Below, piece after piece: positions 61,330 to 64,000 of a stretch of DNA of 64,000 bases. The number at the start of each line of letters is the position of its first letter. Within the stretch, counting starts at the first letter, position 1. The notes under the pieces were generated by a model that was not told the origin of the DNA, did no database searches, and saw nothing but the letters and a program-made list of their open reading frames with translations. The DNA comes from Eledone cirrhosa (taxonomy: Eukaryota): the NCBI GenBank assembly GCA_964016885.1, contig OZ024759.1:22010001-22074000 (forward strand). The letters are read 5' to 3'. Both the position numbers and the translations under genes were made by a program.

Positions 61330-63872
61330 GTTTAATTTGGAACCGGTGAGAATATTTTACAATGGTGTGTCTCAGAATTGGGAGTTGGATGTGAAAGAAC
61401 AGCAATGAGGTATGCTGTGAGAAGGAGGTAAAGAAAAAAAAACTCTTCCCAAATGGTTTGTGGTTGTGTTGCTGCCACAACAAAAAGCAGCCAGCCCACA
61501 CTGTAATGTGGCTGTGTTGGTGCCTCAATAAAAAGCAGCCAGTCTACACTGTAAAGTGGTTGTTTTGGTACCACAACAAAAAAGACCCTGTCCACACTGT
61601 GGTTGGCATTAAGAAGGGCATCCAGCCATAGAAACCAAACCAGAACCAGTTCTTTATGAGCAAGACACGGTCATCTGACCTGACTTATCTCAAATGGGAC
61701 AACACGTCTTACCCACGCTAGCATGGAAAAAACAGATGGTAAACAGTAATGATGATTAATACATTTATTACCCTATTCTGAAAGAATGTTGAAAATGATG
61801 TTGAAAATAATGTTGAAAACTATCAATAATTTCAAGGTGTTTAGTAATATAAATATATGTATTTTTTCCATTTTTTAAGATGATGTTTGAAAGATCATAA
61901 CTTTGAACATGGTGTACTGATTGAACAGAAAATATCTAAAAATGAGTTTATTAATTCAAATGTTTGGGTGTGTTTACTAGTAGACAGTTCACTGTGAAAA
62001 ATTTACCGGATGAAAGTAAAGATTTTAATTCCGAAAGGGATGTAATCATAGTGCTATTTTGTATTTTTTTCAAAGATGTCTTGTTAATGTGGTTTGTTAA
62101 TTCCAAAGTATATAGTGCCTTTATTAGTAGATAGATTATTGAAAAAATTAACTGCATTAGAGTAAAGACTATAATATTTAATGTGGTTTCATGTGGTTTG
62201 TTAATTCAAATGTTTATCGTGGACAGATTGTTGTAAAAATTTGCAGTATAAGATAGAGAAAGGCTTTAATATTTAATGTGATGCAGTCATAATGCAATTT
62301 AGTACTGATCAGGAATGTCTTGCTCATGTGGTTTCACGTGGTTTCTTAATTCAAAATGATCAGTTTTTGTATCTTAGAACCAGGGCGTTTTTAATCGGGT
62401 TGATAACAAAAGGGCTAATGAATGTAATGATAATGATGTAAGTCTTGAGTGTTTTGGTTACATATATAAACATGTGGCTTACTGGTTAAGGTGTTGTACT
62501 CTCAGTCATGAAGTTGTGGGTTTGATTCCTGGAACAGGTGGCATGTTTTGTTCTTAAGTAAAATATTTCTTGTCAAGTTACTCCTTCTGTCAGGAATTGT
62601 GACCAGCAGATGGTATCAGCAATGAGAAGACAAATGGAAATATTTTTTCCTTGGACTTATCTGACAATCAGCTCCTTTCTCCTCCCAGGAGTTGTAACCA
62701 GCAGATAGTATCAGCAACGAAAAGACCAATGGAAATATTTTTTCCTTGGTCTGATCTGATAATAAGCTCCTTTCCTTTCCTGTATATTTGTCTTATTATT
62801 TCAAATAACTTGTGTTGGTGTGGAGATGTGATGAGACGAAAACATTAGAGTGAAATAGTCCAAGGTGGACAAGGCCCAATCACTTACTGTTGTCTCTATG
62901 AAGAAGTTATTAGATGTTATACACGACTGTGATGGGTTGTAAATCTGTAAAACTAAGGCTGACTCTTAAATGTGAATATATATGTGTATGTGAGTGTACA
63001 TATATGTATATATATATATGTGTGTATATATATAATGTATATATATATATACATACACATGCATATATGTACACACACACACGCATATACACACACACAC
63101 ATATATATATATACATATGTACATAGAGATATAAGTGTATGTATGAGTATGTGTTAGTATAGATATAGAATTTGTGAAAGAAGAGAGAAAGGGAAGAGAG
63201 GGGAGTAAAAGGGGGTAAGAGAAAGATAGCTATGTCTATGTATGCTTGTATGTACATTAGAGGTTGTGTGTGTATATATCTGTGTGAAATTGTATATATT
63301 TTCATAAACGTTTGTATGTGTATATATTTGTATGAATGTGTGTATGTGTATATATTTGTATGAATGTGTGTATATACGTATATATATTTGGATGAATGTG
63401 TATGTGTGTAAATTTGTGTGTGTGTGTATTTGTGTGAATGTGTATGTGTGTATATATATATATATATATTTGTGAATGTGTGTATGTGTGTGTAGGGTGG
63501 GGTGGAAGGAAGCAGGGTGTAAAGAAAGAAAGAAAGAAAAAAAAAGATTATCATGAACAAACAAAAGTTGGCGTCGCGTGTGACGCGGAGCTACTATTAT
63601 AGTGGCTGTTATCAAACCTTCTTGAGATAACTAGTATTTCTAGTACTGTGTATATGTGGGGCTATCACTGCATGTGTAGATGAATGCGTGTGTGTATATA
63701 TATATATATACACACACACATATGTATATACACACACACATACATGTATATATACATACACACACATATATATATATATATGTATACGCTCACACCCAAA
63801 GATTGTGTGTGTATATACATATATTTGTGAGTATATATATACACACAAATATCTGTATATACACATACAATC

Positions 63873-64000
63873 TTTGCCCATTTGGTTCTGGCTCCTTTAT
63901 ATACCTTGATCTTGTACCTCTGATTGTAGCCAGAGATCTGCATACGATGGATGAAGTGTTGTATGTGTCTCTCTAATTCTTTGGGGTTGCACATGCGGGA
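63873..64000 (-). mobile_element. Probable Penelope-like (Naiad/Chlamys-type) ORF fragment, cut by the window end
   Basis: RMCNPKELERHIQHFIHRMQISGYNQRYKIKVYKGARTKW resembles the post-RT F..RM..SGY segment of PLEs; from memory. Confidence 0.45.

Overview
AT-rich, microsatellite-saturated eukaryotic (metazoan) genomic DNA. The (TA)n density and SINE/RTE content suggest an octopod cephalopod, but that is an inference. Two spliced protein-coding genes lie tail-to-tail. (1) A single-domain hexokinase on + has 10 phase-consistent GT-AG exons at 18946-27163, plus a candidate first exon ending at 2657. (2) A divergent Tbx15/18/22-type T-box gene on - has 8 exons from ATG 61329 to about 36079 or 35761, with an N-terminal eh1 motif. 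Introns and flanks hold RTE and CR1 LINE fragments, two tRNA-derived SINE families, DNA transposon relics (DD37D/maT, mariner, Chapaev-like, pogo-like MITE), Penelope-like (PLE) ORF fragments and minisatellites. The most striking non-genic signal is a swarm of short, mostly fold-back elements from many sequence-unrelated families inserted in (TA)n tracts. They carry minimal type I hammerhead ribozyme motifs (CUGANGA...GAA + palindromic stem III + H) with visible covariation, and a shared GAGTGCTC motif near their 3' end. One family has hammerhead parts in a non-standard order. Almost all ORF-track entries are microsatellite artefacts.
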